Below are positions 1 through 13,099 of a stretch of DNA of 64,000 nt, in pieces. The DNA is from Zygnema circumcarinatum SAG 698-1b (taxonomy: Eukaryota; Plantae; Zygnematophyceae): NCBI GenBank assembly GCA_037447605.1, contig CM074808.1, forward strand, positions 558,001 through 622,000. Reading direction: 5' to 3'. Below the pieces are notes generated by a model. The model was given only the letters and a program-made list of their open reading frames with translations, ran no database searches and was not told where the DNA came from. Within the stretch, counting starts at the first letter, position 1, and each line of letters opens with the position of its first letter. Position numbers and translations under genes: made by a program.

Positions 1-3000
1 GCGTCTTTACGTGTGGCAAGGCAGCCACTACTAGAGGCCCCAACTGCAACAAGAGTCCCCAAGGCCGGGGAGGAGGCGGCGCCCGGCATTACCGGCAGAA
101 GAAGGCTTCAAGGGGATACGCTTCAAGTGCAAGAAGCGGAGTCTGAAGCACCCGGGTGAGAGGGTGAAGATGAGACCAATCTGATGATGGGCGAAGGCGA
201 AGGTTCGACTTTGTTGGGAAGATCGAGTTCGAGGATCTGAAGCGGCCACAGTTGTCGACTCGGCTTCCACACATGTGGCGACAAGCGGAATGTTCTCCCG
301 CGTTGGACCATTTGGAAGACTACGTCTGTTCACTTTCGGCTGACGGAGAGGGTAGCGGATCCGCGAGATTAGGTAGTTAGATGATTCTCGGAGAGCGGCT
401 CTGTCATCTGAAGAGGAGAGAAGGCGTTTGTGTATACGGTGATGTACTCCACACCCCGGCGCTGAGAACTTCATGTCTGATTGCTTGAGTGTGTAAGAGT
501 GCGAGATCGCGTTCAAAAGGAGAGATCTTAGCGTAGCTACTCGCCCATTGGCGGGGAAGCGGTACATTTGAGGGGTATGAAGGGAGGCACGTATTATCTT
601 CATTATAGAAAGGGCCGAGGAGGATGAAGATGTGATGGGCGTGGCTGAAAGCGCCATAAATCTGGCATGGTAGACTTGGACATCTTAACCATGGGGGTTG
701 CAACAACACTGGCACGCTAAGGGGCTGGTCCGTGGGTTAGGCGTAGATGTAGGTGGAAGAACCGGCTTTTCTTGAGGTGTGTAGGGGAAGGCGCATCGAA
801 ACCATTAGCGAGGCGGAGGCGTACCGTCGCAGCGAGGGAAAGCTGAGTTGGTTTCACACCCGACCTTTGTGGCCCATTGACACGACAGCAGTGGAGGAGC
901 TTCGATTGCTTCATCACTTTTCTCGATGATTTTTCGAGGAAGGGTAGGTGAAAATTCAAGAACAAGTAGAGGCTTCGGGCCTTGAGATTGGCAGAACTTC
1001 GAGATGGAGGCGAGAAGGCGAACTGGCCCGAAGACTTCTGCTTTCGGACAGCGGAGGGAGTTCAAGTCGAAGGAGGTTCGGCAGTACCTCAAGACTCGTG
1101 GAATTGAAGCATGAACTATACACTCTACTCCCCTCAAAAGTAATGGAGCTCTTCCGAAGAGATGCAAATAGGGCGTTGGGGACATGGCGGACCATGCTCA
1201 TAGATTCCCCCTTCCCGGCTTCTTTCTGGGGAGAGGCGGTGATGACCGCAGCTTACCTTAGGAATAGATGCCCATCTTCTGTGCTCAAGGACCAGGTTCC
1301 TGAGGAGGTGTGGAGTGGGAGAAAGCCCGCGGTTTCCCACTGAAGAGGAGAGAGAGGCTTTGGGCCTTGGCTGGCGGTCGGCGATCTTGAGGCGGAGCGA
1401 GAAGAAGGAAGTTTGACCCATGACCCGTTGAGATATGTTCTCCGGCTACAACATGAACCGCAGTGGCACCCTCTGAGGATTTGGAACATGTGGCGAAGGA
1501 AGTCGCGAGCTTCGAGGGACATCGCGGTGTGGGCGAGAAAAGGCGGTAACTGCGGCTAGGTGAGACCCGGCCCAGGCGAGAGATTGGAGATTGTGTATGA
1601 GGGCGTGGAACCCGGCGGAGAAGGCGTTGAAGCCTCTGGGACCGGCTTTGGAGGAGGTCGGCATCAGGGCCCGAAGGCGACTTCGGGAGGCGTCTTGCGG
1701 CGATAAAGGCGGTCCCGAACCGAGAAGTGCATAAGCGAAGAGCAGGAGAAATGAAGCGGAGAGCGGCCCACTACACACTCACTGTCGGATGAGGAAGACT
1801 ACGGTCAGCCTTACCTTTACGCGGGCGAAGTGAGGACTTAGATATGGCCAGAAGAGCAGCGATGAGGCGAGGATGCCTCGAGTTTGTTCCGAATTTTCTT
1901 CAACTTCGAGGAAGTGGGGAGAACGCAAGGGCCGTGAGGAGGAGCACCCGTGTGGTGAGGAGCCACGAGCGATACGGGCGTCCATGAACTAACGATGCGG
2001 GGAGAGTGCTACGGACCTGTGACCTGAGAGTTGCCCTTTAGCACATGATCCGAGCCGCCAAACCTTGAGGAGGCTCACGATGGGGCCGATGGAGGCGAAG
2101 TGGCTGGCGGCGATCGATGGCAGTGGAATAGTCGATAGAAACGGGGCGTGGCGGCTGGGCTGCCCAGAAGGGAAGGAGAGAGCCATTGGATGCAAGTGGG
2201 TGTTCAAGGTGAAGCGAGAAGCGGACGGGAGTGTCGACCGTTACAAGGCGCGGCTGGTGGCGAAGTGCTACAGCCAGAAGTACGGAATCGACTACACGGA
2301 GACTTTCGCCCCGGAGGTGAAGTTTAACTCCCTCCGTGCCCTAATCTCGATCGCAGCTGCTGAGGGGATGCATGTCCATCAGTTAGATATCAAGACCGCG
2401 TTTCTGTACGGAGATCTCGCTGAGGAGATCTACATGGAGCAGCGAAGGAAAGTTGTCGGCGAGGAAGCATCTGCGTCACGTCGCCCTGAGTGAAAGTGCG
2501 GCATGCGGTTGGCGAGCACCGGGGATGCAGTGCGAAGGTGCGGCGATCTTCGAGGAGCAGCGGATTTGCTTGGCGGTTTGAGCGGATCATTCCGTCTGAA
2601 ACAAGAGAGGAGGGAATCTCGCCTCGTTGGGATCTCACGTGGATGACCTTATGGTGAGTCTCTCAACTTTGGAGAGAATCGATGATAAAGAAGAAGCTTT
2701 TCTGTTAACTTCCAAATGTCGGATCCCCAGGGGTATTATCTCCTGAGGGATCTGGTGAAGAAGGCGAGGCGGAGTGTTCCTAAGTCAGGAAGAATACTTG
2801 GCGGATGTACTGAGATTCAATATGGAGGAGTCACCGGGGCCGTGCACCCGGTCAGATGGAGATCGTAGCGAGATTGTCGAAGATATGGAGCCAGCGTGGA
2901 CCTTGGTCACAGTAGCGTATGCAGTCTTGCGTCTGAGATCTGCTATCGGAAGTTTAATGTACCTAAAGATTGGTACCCGGCCCAGGACTTGGCGAAGGCG

Positions 3001-4592
3001 TGGCGCCGCCAAAGTCGGTTCATGGAAGAATCCGACCACACGAGCATTGGGGCGTAAAGCCGAATATCTTTTCGGTTTATGCGGGGGACCACAGATGCGA
3101 CTTAGATTACGAAGAGGGCGGCAATTGTCGGATACACCATTTCTACATTTGGGAGGTGGCGATGGACTTTGCTCAGCGATGCGACCTCGGTTTACATTTT
3201 GCACGAGCATGGTGGAGGCGATCTCATGGGCTTTCGAAGGCTGAGGATTGATTTAGCGTTATGCCTTGCGGCGGTACATGGGAGCATGTCGCGGCCCGAA
3301 GGAGGGAGTTTGGTTCCAACATTTCTTTGATGAGTGTAAGAGGCCACAAAGTCCCTTGACTCTCTTCACAGATAACCAGTCATCCATAGCTCCTGTTGAA
3401 AACCTTGTGTTTCATAAGAGGACAAAGCACATTAAGTACAATACATTATGTGCGGGGGTGTAGTAGGAGGAGGGATGATTGTTGTGAAGTTAGGTGGGGA
3501 ACTGAAAGGGGCGAGCTAGCGGATATGTTGACTAAAGGAGTTAGTGGTGAGACGCTACTAGTGAATAGCAGACTCATTGGGCTAGGGCCCATGAGGAACT
3601 GAGGCCCAAGAGGGGGATTGTTAGTGTTAGTGTGCTATAGTTAGACATTGTACGGGTTCACACTAACATTGTTGTGGTCCTCAGTTGGGAAACATGAGAT
3701 CTGCTAGTAGTGTTCCTAGGAAACTCTGATTAGGGCAAATGTGGAATTGGCCCGTACAAGCTTCGGTAGCCCCAGGAGGATAATATGGGGTGATGCAGTA
3801 GGAACAGCGTCGGACCCTTAGTGCGATCCTTGATTTGTGGCCAGGTCAACTTCACAGGAGGGCAGTGGCCGACCCACCTTGAACCAGAATATTAACAGCG
3901 AAATCACGTATGGAGAATTCCCCATTAGCGAATGGCCTTGTTAGAATAATGTATGCTGATGCTTGTAGCAGCTTGAACATCTTGTAGCGTGAACCTTGTC
4001 TGGGGCGGGTTGGCGGAAGTTACAGCTGAGCGAGGGCGACAAGTTCAGATGGGGCTATGCGGGCGGCGACTAGGTGATGTCTTGGCGTAGGTTCGAGGCA
4101 CGCAAGGCGGATGTTGAGCGTACACAGGCTGGCGGAAACGCATGAGGCAGCGTGGCGGCATCGGTCAACAAGGAAGTATCCTGCTTTCACGGCCATATGG
4201 CGGTATAAGTTTAGCTTTGTTATGAAGAGATAACCACATTAACTCACGTAGTCCGTGAACTTGATACATTGCACCTTTCGTGTTCTTTGGGCTGCCTTCT
4301 TTGTGTGTCCTTAGTGTAGTGAGTAAGGGGAGTAGCTAGTGAGAGGGAGAGAACTTCATGTGGGTATTCTTATTATAAAAGGAGTTTTAGAGTAGTGAGC
4401 TTTCTCACAATACTCTGGGTGTGTGATTTCCCTGTGCTGCGTCTGGCGTTCGTTACATGAGTTATGGGCTATGAGTGAAGTGAGATAGAGTGAGAGAGAG
4501 TGAAGATGTCTTCATCGGTGGGAACCGGAGTTCCAATGGAGGGCGACACGCGAGGTGGCGCCGGGAGCAGCGAGCAGATCCAGACTCCAACA
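1..4592 (+). mobile_element. Ty1/Copia LTR retrotransposon A, degenerate, 5' end outside window
   Basis: Motifs occur in Copia order across frameshifts: gag knuckle (FKCKK ~120), protease VDSAS-TH (~253), GAG-pre-integrase WHGRLGH (~663), integrase DLCGP (~863) and FWGEAVMTAAYLRNRCPS, RT IGCKWVFKVK..RYKARLVAK..HQLDIKTAFLYGDL (2065-2493), RSAIGSLMYL, and RNase H TDNQSSI..FHKRTKHI..ADMLTK. These are followed by PPT AAGAGGGGGA (3608-3617) and an LTR. Confidence 0.93.
3619..4592 (+). repeat. 3' LTR of Copia A
   Basis: Starts TGTT just after the PPT, has a TATA-like TATTATAAAA at 4371-4380, and ends CCAACA at 4592 like LTR B (CTCAACA). Sequence after 4592 is minus-strand gag of another element. 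There is no second copy in the window, so the right boundary is inferred. Confidence 0.6.
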
Positions 4593-5105
4593 GTGGTGAG
4601 ATCAACCCGTTGACGTACTTTAAGAGGCCCTTGCTCTGAAGAAGAGTTGTCATCTGCCACGCCAATCCTTATAGTGAGTTCCCGAAAAGATAGGGATGGT
4701 GCAGCACATCACCTTGACTCACGATACCACTTGTTGAGATTGAGGGGTCAAAAACTGAGCCCCCTCTGGTCGTGTCTTCTCCCGTGTTGTTCTCGGCCAT
4801 GATGACTACCGTGAGCCAAGCAAGAACTGAGAGACAGTGTGTAAGAAGAAAAGCCGCAGGCGAAAACCTCTTCTTTATACAATAGAAAGATACAACGGTA
4901 GCGGGCAGCAAACTACTCCGGCTGCGGCTCTATCCTCGCTCTCTACTAAGCGTTGCTACTTGTTTGCTTACGACTACGCACTTCATAAGGGACGGCTACT
5001 TACACTTTCGGGAAGCCTTTGCTCCCGGTCTCTTGCACGTGCTTGATGAGCATGAAACCCCTCCCCGCTAAGGCTTCGGGTGATTAGGATATAAGCTTCT
5101 CCCCC
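4593..5105 (-). mobile_element. Inverted Copia B' fragment: partial 5' LTR, PBS and gag start
   Basis: 4732-4813 is the reverse complement of 11043-11124 (end of LTR B). On the minus strand it is followed by a PBS-like TGGTATCGTGAGTCAAGG (tRNA-iMet type) and a gag N-terminal motif WQMTTLLQSKGLLKYVNG. Confidence 0.85.
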
Positions 5106-5114
5106 CTTTGAGAA

Positions 5115-8100
5115 TGCCATGGCGGACCACGAGCCCGTGAGAGTGCAATGCGGCACATTGCATCGCGGTGGCGTGGCCAGTCAGCGCGGCCGAGCTACAT
5201 AAAGCGGCTCGGCGAGAAGAAGCTTAGTATCCCGAAATCACCCGAGGCCTTTATGGGGAGGCTCGCCTTCTCTTGCCTACTTGCCTTTGAGGCGGTGCTT
5301 CCCAGGCTCTTCTTTCAACGAAAGAAAGAACATGCGGCAAGACAAACGGCGCATTTCACTATTATATCTTTAAACGCAAAAAGAAAAGAAAGGATTTTAA
5401 ACTACCTGGCAGCTAAACCCGGCTGCGGCGACGAAGCAAATTTTATTTCCATCTCAACAGCCAGTGAAGCGATGTGCGGCTGGCGGCTAACGCGGCGTGG
5501 CTGGCAACGAAGCAAGAACTAACTGTCGTCAGCATCACCACCCGGCTTTCACCCTCCCTACTTCACGACGGCGGGAAGGCGGGGTGGTGGAAGAAGGGCG
5601 TCCAAGTGAGGGTGTACATGCGCCTCAATGAGGAACCGGCGAGAAGATGCTCAGAGCTCAAAAGCTGCCGCAGCGAGATGTGGCGAAGCTCCGCGGCCAT
5701 CTCACGACACCATGCGACGCGAGCACGTGAAGTTCGAGCTCTCACGGCAGGTAGTGCCCGAGATGAAGATGGGGCCAGGCGGAGGCGAGCTTCCTAAAAG
5801 TCGCCGAGGTTGACGAACTAATGGATAAGTTTGTCATTTATTTCACAAGCAATTGACAATGACCAACGGATCATCCCGGTTTCTACGAGGCACGCCGGCG
5901 CCCGTTTTTGCACCAACCACCATAAAGCTTCGTTGAAAGCGGTACAACAAGTCAGAACTTCGCTCACCCTTGAGGAAGTCTCTTTGAGATCTTGGTGGGG
6001 AAGGAGGCATAAAGGGGCAAAAGTGGAGTCTCGAAGGCGTCGTGTCGCACAGAAGAGCCCGTGTGAAGAGGCACCCACGGGGGCACGATGCACGCAGCCT
6101 AAGCGGAAGGGACATCTCGAAGCCCGATTAATAGGTACCAAGAAAGGCGGCCGAGAGGTGGAGGGGCGACCCGGCGGTGTCCCTCGCGGTGACAAGAAGA
6201 AAGGCTTAGCGAGATGTTTATGTTTTCGGTGCGGGAAGCGGTCATCTGGCCGGAGCTGTCGAGGGGTGAAGTGGCTCAGATAGAAGGCGAGAGTAACATA
6301 ACCCCAAGTGATGCCAAGCCAGCGAATTTGTAAATCAATCTTTATGAATAAAGATAATCATTCACCGTCGCACATAGACACTGGTGCCTCTAAACAAATG
6401 TGTGGTGATAGGTATATATCTTTACGAGAGATGGCGTTGCTTGACCCGATCCGCGGTAACCCGGCAACCCGGAGGCGGGTCTCGTCACCCATCGGGTAGG
6501 TTAGATCGGTATACCTGGGGGAGAGGGGCAGGCTTCCAATGAAATTGGTAGTGTGCTTCATACCCCAACCCTGAAGAATAACTTCTTCTCGGTTAGTCAG
6601 ATTTGCAAGGGCGGATACGAGGGGGTCTTCCGGGAGGAGTCCTGTAAGATAGTGCATAGAAAAACCAGGAAGGTTCTTTGGAGAGGAACTACAGAGGATG
6701 GACTCTACTTCACAAGGCGCTTCCTTTACAGCAAGGAATCCGTCTGGCCGTCTTTGTCTTGGGGTACTGCGCAAAGAGATCGGCCGCGGAGAGCCTCTCC
6801 CGCGGCCCGTTCAGCGTCGGGGAACTGCCAGCGCCGCGATGTGCGGCGAGCGGCGAGGACAGCGCAGGGAAGCGTAGCGAAGCGTGGAGTCTCATCTGGC
6901 AGGGAAGCGCCCAGATAAGCCCGGTCTAGCAGCTGCGATCACACCCACAGCACCACGAAGGGGCGGCGACAAAGAGACGCGCCCGCCTTTCGGGGAGGAA
7001 GCGCGAAGGCGGGGCCGCGCGCGCTTTGGACAGCGCGCGAAAGGACCGTAGGGACGCGAAACCGAAAAGTGGAATTTGCGATGGTACGGCAACTTCCGGA
7101 ACTAGTGACGTGTCACAAAGTTCCGAAGCGAAGCGCCGTGACATGACAAGTCGAAATATTCAGAAGAGTACGGCGACCGACTTCATTGAAGAACAGGAAT
7201 CCGTACATGAAGCTTCAGACGCGGCGCAATTGTGGCACCGCCGACTTGGTCATTTGTCGTTTAGTGGCCTGGAGGCCCTCGCGACACAGAGCCTGGTCCG
7301 GGGACTCCCCTCGACGAAGATCTCGACACCAGAAGCTGTCTGCCCCGACTGCGCGGCGGGCAAGATACACCGGCACCCTTTCAAGAGCTTTGGGCGGGGA
7401 GAAGCATCCCATGCGTGTCAGCCGAGGTTGGTCCCTGGCGATCTATGCGGACCCGATCACTCAGTCAAAGAGGCGGTTCAGGCAGGCTCATCACCTTCCT
7501 TGATGATTATTCAGGGAAGATATGAGTGAAATGCTTGCTGAAGTTTAAAAGTGGCGTTTGAGACCTTTGGACTGGCGGTTAGAGTAGAAGCGGGAACCCG
7601 GAGGAGAAGGTGCGAAGGATCCGAGAGCAGTCAATGGAGGTAGATCTGGTCCCTCAAATTCTCTGCTCACCTCAAGTCACTCGGGATTCGACACGAGTTC
7701 ACCGCTCCCTACAGCCCGCAAAGCAACGGCGCGGCTGAGAGGGTGAACCGAACCCTCGGTGACATGGCAAGAGCCATGCTGAGTGAGTCCCCCTTCACCC
7801 TCGATTTTTGGGGAGAAGCAATACTCACGGCAGCTTACATCCGGAACAGGTGTCCTTCCAGTGCCCTGAAAGATGAGAAGAAAGTACCCGAAATGTAGGT
7901 GGCAGCAGCCCTCTGATTCAGCGCAGAGTGCAGGGGCTCAAGTGCTGGATAAGCGGTTCCAAAGGTCAAAAGGATTAGATACAAAGTTTAGCCCACGGCG
8001 AGTTAGGCTGCTTCCTACACTGGCTACAACGCCCGACAACTTGACCCTACGAGAATTCTGGAACCCTTCCGCAGCGAAGGTTATGTCCAAACTGCGTGAC

Positions 8101-11100
8101 CTTCAAGTCGGCGGGGAATTCAGGGAAGCGGCAGATCGCGAGCAGTGTGCAGAGCCACCTCGGAAACGTGAGTTCCTTCCGGTAAAGGGACATCTTTGGG
8201 GAGTAGGTCCAGCTTCACCCCCTACCGCGCCCCGCCTTGTTTCCGGTGACGGCAGCCGAGGTCGCCAAGAAGAAGAATTACATACAGCGCCAGGGGAATC
8301 CCGAGCACACCTCAGAGGGCGCCCGGAGGAGAAAGAGCCGAAGGCAGCGATTTTGACGGGGAGTCCACGAGAGGAAGAAGCAGTGAGGCACGGCACCCGT
8401 ACACACGGATTCCGCGCCCGCGGTATGGATCCACCCTTGTATGCAAATGCAAAGGGTTCACTCCGAACTTCACGGCGACAAGCCACCCCTCTGGGTAAGG
8501 CATCAGCGAAATGGTTGGTGAGGAGGGCCAACGAGGAGGCCCGGCGAAGGGAGAAGAGCACGAAGAGCTCCCCTTGACTCCGCGTTTTTCGCGGGAATGG
8601 CGATCACGCCTCATAACGAAGGGGAGGCGCAGCGTGCGGCGTTGGAGTGTGATGATCACGGCCAAGTGGGAAGGGTGGCCCGCCAGAGTGAACTTCGGCG
8701 GCCTCATATGGAGAGCGGGCGGTGGCGGAGCCGCTACCTCCGGGCACCAAGGCCATAGAGCACACGTAAGTGGGTCTTCAAAATCAAGAGGAAATGGGGC
8801 GGGAGTGTAGACAGATATAAAGCGAGGAGGCTAGTGGCAGAGGATTTTGCTTATGAGGTAGCATAGATTACTGGAGGAAGCGATTACTTTTTGATGCGTC
8901 AAGTTTAATTCCACCGCGTCCTACGTTTCCATTACTTGTTGAAGAAGGAATGTATGTCCATCAACTGGACATCAAAACTGACCTTCCTCACGAGGGATTT
9001 AGAGGGGAGAGCATACACATGAAGCAGCAGGAAGGGGCGGTTGGAGCAGGGGGCCAGAGCACGGGCTGCAGGGCTTGGCCGAGCACTCACGGGCTCAAAG
9101 CAAGCTCCCGAAGAGATCTGGTAGCCAAAAGATACCTGAGCTGCTCTTACGGTAGATAAGCTACCGCTTCCCAGCGGGGCCATTGATGCACAAAACCCGG
9201 GAGAAAAGGCGGCTCAGGAATGTTAGATGCGGCATCTCAAGTAGAATGACCTTATCATGGTGGCGCTTGATGAGTGGTATTGGGGCCTCAGGAACCCTGG
9301 CGAGAGAGAAAAGAAACTTTGGGATAGTGATCTTGGACTGCGGAGTACCTCTCTTAGGAATTCAGCTTAAGAGGGGGAAGGATAGCAGCATGTTCCTAAG
9401 CCAGGAGAAGTACGCTAGGGAGGTGCTAGCACGCTTCAGAATGGAGAAGTGTACCCCGTGCTCCTCCCCCATGGACGGGAGCACGCAGCTCAGCGCGGAC
9501 ATGAGCCCGCGGACGGCAACGGGGAGAAAGGAGATGGAGAAGATTCCGTACAGGTCTGCGATCGGCAGCCTGATGTACCTCATGGTGGGAACGCGCCCAG
9601 ATCTTGCCAAGGCCGTGAGTACGGCCAACCGGTACATGGAGAATCTGGGGGTACAACATTGGGAAGCGGTTAAGAGGGATCTTGGGTACCTCCGAGATGC
9701 GGCTTCATTATGGAATCGGTCGAGGAGGGCGGCAGCGAAGTGTCTGGATACAGCGGTGGGGAGGTGAGGCCGGATCACGGCCCGGATGCGACATCACGGA
9801 TGCAGCGTTTACGAAACTGGCGGCGTCATTCTTGGAGTTGGCCTTGCAGCCGTTGGCGTTATCTTCTACGAATCGAGTATATGGCCCGCGTGTCCGCAGC
9901 GGCGGGGAGACACGTGGTCGCTCTTCTTTGATGAGTGTGACCTGCGACCCACAACTCCGGTCGCGGTCTGTCAGGGACAACAATCTTGATCGCTCGTGAG
10001 AACCACATGTATTTCGCCGAGGAAGAGCAAGCATATCAAGATCGATTACCGCGCCGAGAGAGTTGTAGTGGATCTTTGGAGATGTGATTGTCATTACGTC
10101 TGGGGCCGGGCGACATGGGCGCGGATATCTTGGCGAAGAGTTGGAGTTGACAATGTGGAAGGAACAATCACCTCTCGGATTGGGACCACTGTCGTGCAGC
10201 CCAAGAGGGATTGTTTATGCAATAGAGCCGTACAACTGTTTGGGACATAGACTCTCACAGGACGCAGAAGGACTGCGGGACTTAGGCGGCGGGCATGGCG
10301 ACAAGGATGGTCGGCCTTGAGCGGCGGAGCCTTGAAAAGTCGAGTTAAAATCATGAGCCCACCCGTGGCGTGGCGAACCGAAATGTTGAGCGTCGCAGGG
10401 CGGCGGCGGTAGCGGCGACTAAGGCGTGAGGTCGGAATGTGAGCGGGCGGCGGCGTGACAAATATTAGCCAGCGACTCGGAGCTGAAACTTAGGGCCGAG
10501 GTTTACACAGGTTAGGCCTTGAAGAAGTTTAGCACACCGAGAAAAGCAGCGTTTGAAAACTGTAGCGAAGCGTGAGCGCACTCACTCTGAGTGTGCTCCC
10601 TCCCAGCGAGGCCATGCCACCGTGCGGGAACCTGCACGCGGCTGCCTAAAGCGCCGAGAATACCATAGCCGGACCACGAGCCCACGTGGGGAGTGCATGC
10701 GGCACTTTGTGCATGCAGCGGCGTGGCGAGGAGTCCTTGCCGGCGAGCTACATAAGCCGCCCGTGAGGAGAAGCTTAGTATCGGAATACTTGAGCCTTTA
10801 TGGGGAGGCTCTAGTACTCTTGCTCTTTGCTGCTTGGGGCGGTGCTTCCCAGTGTAGGTAGGCCCCATGCGAGGAAGGGTGTGTAGTAGTGAGGGGGCAA
10901 CGCAGAAGCAGCAGCAGTAGAAGCGTGGGATAGAGCGAGCGGGGAGGTAGTTTCTTTGCTAGCGCTGTGTATCTTCATTGTATAAAGAGGTTTTTAGGCG
11001 GTGGGCTTTTTCTCTTACAGCATCTCGAGTTCTTGCCAGCTCCACGGTAGTCATCATGGCCGAGAACAACACGGGAGAAGACACGACCAGAGGGGGCTCA

Positions 11101-11124
11101 GTTTTTGACCCCTCAATCTCAACA
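5115..11124 (+). mobile_element. Ty1/Copia LTR retrotransposon B, near full length, degenerate
   Basis: Partial 5' LTR 5115-5459 (5122-5264 aligns to 10670-10811; ends ATCTCAACA). Internal motifs: knuckle CFRCGK (~6219), protease IDTGASKQMC (~6373), WHRRLGH (~7233), integrase DLCGP and PQSNGAAERVNRTL, RT HQLDIKT, PYRSAIGSLMYLMVGTRPDLA (9183-9767), RNase H KSKHIKIDY. PPT AAGAGGGA (10203-10210), then 3' LTR. Confidence 0.93.
10212..11124 (+). repeat. 3' LTR of Copia B
   Basis: TG...CA ends, begins after the PPT, TATA-like TGTATAAAG at ~10979, and homologous to the partial copies at 4732-5105 (-) and 5115-5459 (+). Confidence 0.85.
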
Positions 11125-13080
11125 TGTTTCAAGATGGTCAACCTCTGGCGTATGAAAGTCGCAAAATGAATCCCGCTGAGCGCAACTATTCTGCAACAGA
11201 ACAGGAACTGCTTGCAGTGGTCCACGCCCTGAGGACATGGCGGTGCTATTTAGAGGCCAGCCGTCCGCGGTGATCGCGACCACCGTCCGGTGGCGTTCCT
11301 CTCAACTTAGCGGAGATGTTGTCCTAGCTGGCCCGACACGGTGGTCTAGCAGGGGTCCCCTCAAAGGTTTATTTGCCGATTAAGGTGTCGGCGGGGAAGG
11401 CTGAATGCTACTTGAGACCCAGTGGCGGCCTGCGGCATCTTTACTGCACGGATGGTGCGCTCGTCGACTCGGTGTTGGTGGAGCGAGATGGCCAGTGAGG
11501 GCGGCCAACCCCGGTCTCAGTCTCCGGGTATGCTTTGTCATAGATCCCTCCACGATGGCGCGGTCAACCCTCACCGCTCTCCTAGAACTTCCGAGGCCAG
11601 ATGATCGGGGAGGGGTATCGCGTGATCCTTTGTTCTGGATGGCGAGTAGCCCAGCTATAAGGACAAAGTGGTGTACAGGGCCAGGATTACAGTACCCGCG
11701 GCCCGTGAGTTAGTGGGTACCCAAGGCGGGGGTATGCGGCAGCTCGTGCAGGTGAGCTACATGATCCTCCGTACCGAGGTCACATGGGAGTTGCCAAAAC
11801 CCATGAGGCACTGCTCTGAGAGTTCTGGTGGCCTGGACTCTCGAGGGATGTGAAAGCGTATGTGTACTACATTTGTCCAAACATCAGCCAGAAACAAACC
11901 CCTTGCTTGGCGGGATCCACATTTAAACGACCCCTCACACCTCCTTTTTAGGAATGGAGACCCGGTGTGGGTTATGGACTTGATCTGGTCTTCTGCCCGC
12001 CTCGGGGGCATGACTCCATCCTGCGTCTTTGTCGATGTTCGGCAAGATGGTGCATTTGCACCAAGCTACTAAAACGTTGCCAGGGCCGGCGACGTGCGGT
12101 TGTATGTTGACAAAGTGTGGAGCGGCATGGTCTTGGTCGAGAAATTGTGTCGACGTGATCCACGATTCACCGGCCATTTTAGGGCCGAGTGCTCAAAATC
12201 GTTGGGACGAAGCGGCGTTGAGTAAACACCACCCACTTAAACCGATGTGGCGGGGAGCGGAGCGGGTGAGCGGATCCTGGAGGGATTACCTCCGGCGTAT
12301 GTGGGACCCCACCCGGATGGGTGGGATGAGCTTGCTCCCGATGGTGAGTGCATCGTGTAATGCTTTCCACGAGGTCCATTGGGTACCACCCCTTTCTTCC
12401 TGAACTTTGGCCAGCATCCCCTAAATCCCTTGCAACCAAGGGATCAGCCCCCTGACCCGTGGAACATGGGTGTCCACAGAACCCCAACCCTTAGGCGAGA
12501 GGTGATGGGACTCAACCTCCGCCCCTGATCGAGATCTTTTCAATGGAGCTAATGCGAGGCCCATTTTGCCGAGGGGCCACATGGGAATACGCTGAAAGCG
12601 GCCGATCGGCGACAAAGGCCTATCTTGACCCGTTAGGTACTTCCAGCTCACCTTGATGAGGCGATGAGGTGTTGTAGAAATACGGCGAACGAGACTCAAA
12701 GCTTATACGGCGGAACCGTAAAATTTGGCAGCCGCTTCATTGGACCTTCGAGAATTGAGCGAATCAATGATATAATAAACACAGTTGGATTTACCACCCA
12801 TGAAGGTGCATCGGTCTTTTCATGTGGGTTTTGCTAAGGTCTACGTAGTAGCGATAGGAGGTGTCAACACACCCTCCCCCACAGGTGGAACTTGAAGGTG
12901 AACTTGGTATGAAGTTGAAGTAAATTCAAGCCCGCAGTATTGTGAGAAGGGTGGCTCTTCCGTCCGCAGAATACCTCGTGAGAGGAAGTGTGGTTGGGCT
13001 AGGGTTGAACATAGCACATGGGAGGCAGGAGCAACTTAACCAATTGCAGGAGCTCATCAGCTTATGCTTGGGAAGCATGG
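11125..13080 (+). mobile_element. Ty3/Gypsy chromovirus pol fragment (RNase H, integrase, chromodomain)
   Basis: FQDGQPLAYESRKMNPAERNYSATEQELLAVVHALRTWRCYLE (RNase H) directly follows LTR B. Then GHMGVAKT and WWP (integrase Zn-binding region, ~11780-11835), FIGP and FHV (GPY/F module, ~12737-12827), and YEVE..EYLV..STWE (chromodomain, ~12908-13025). Many frameshifts. Confidence 0.85.
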
Positions 13081-13099
13081 CCTTGAGGCCCGAGGCGAG

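Noticed and set aside
4457-4472. Half-tRNA-iMet PBS (GTTATGGGC) after TTACA, implying LTR A ends at 4457
   Set aside because: Only a partial match. An end at CCAACA 4592 fits LTR B's length and terminus, and the junction with B' gag, better.
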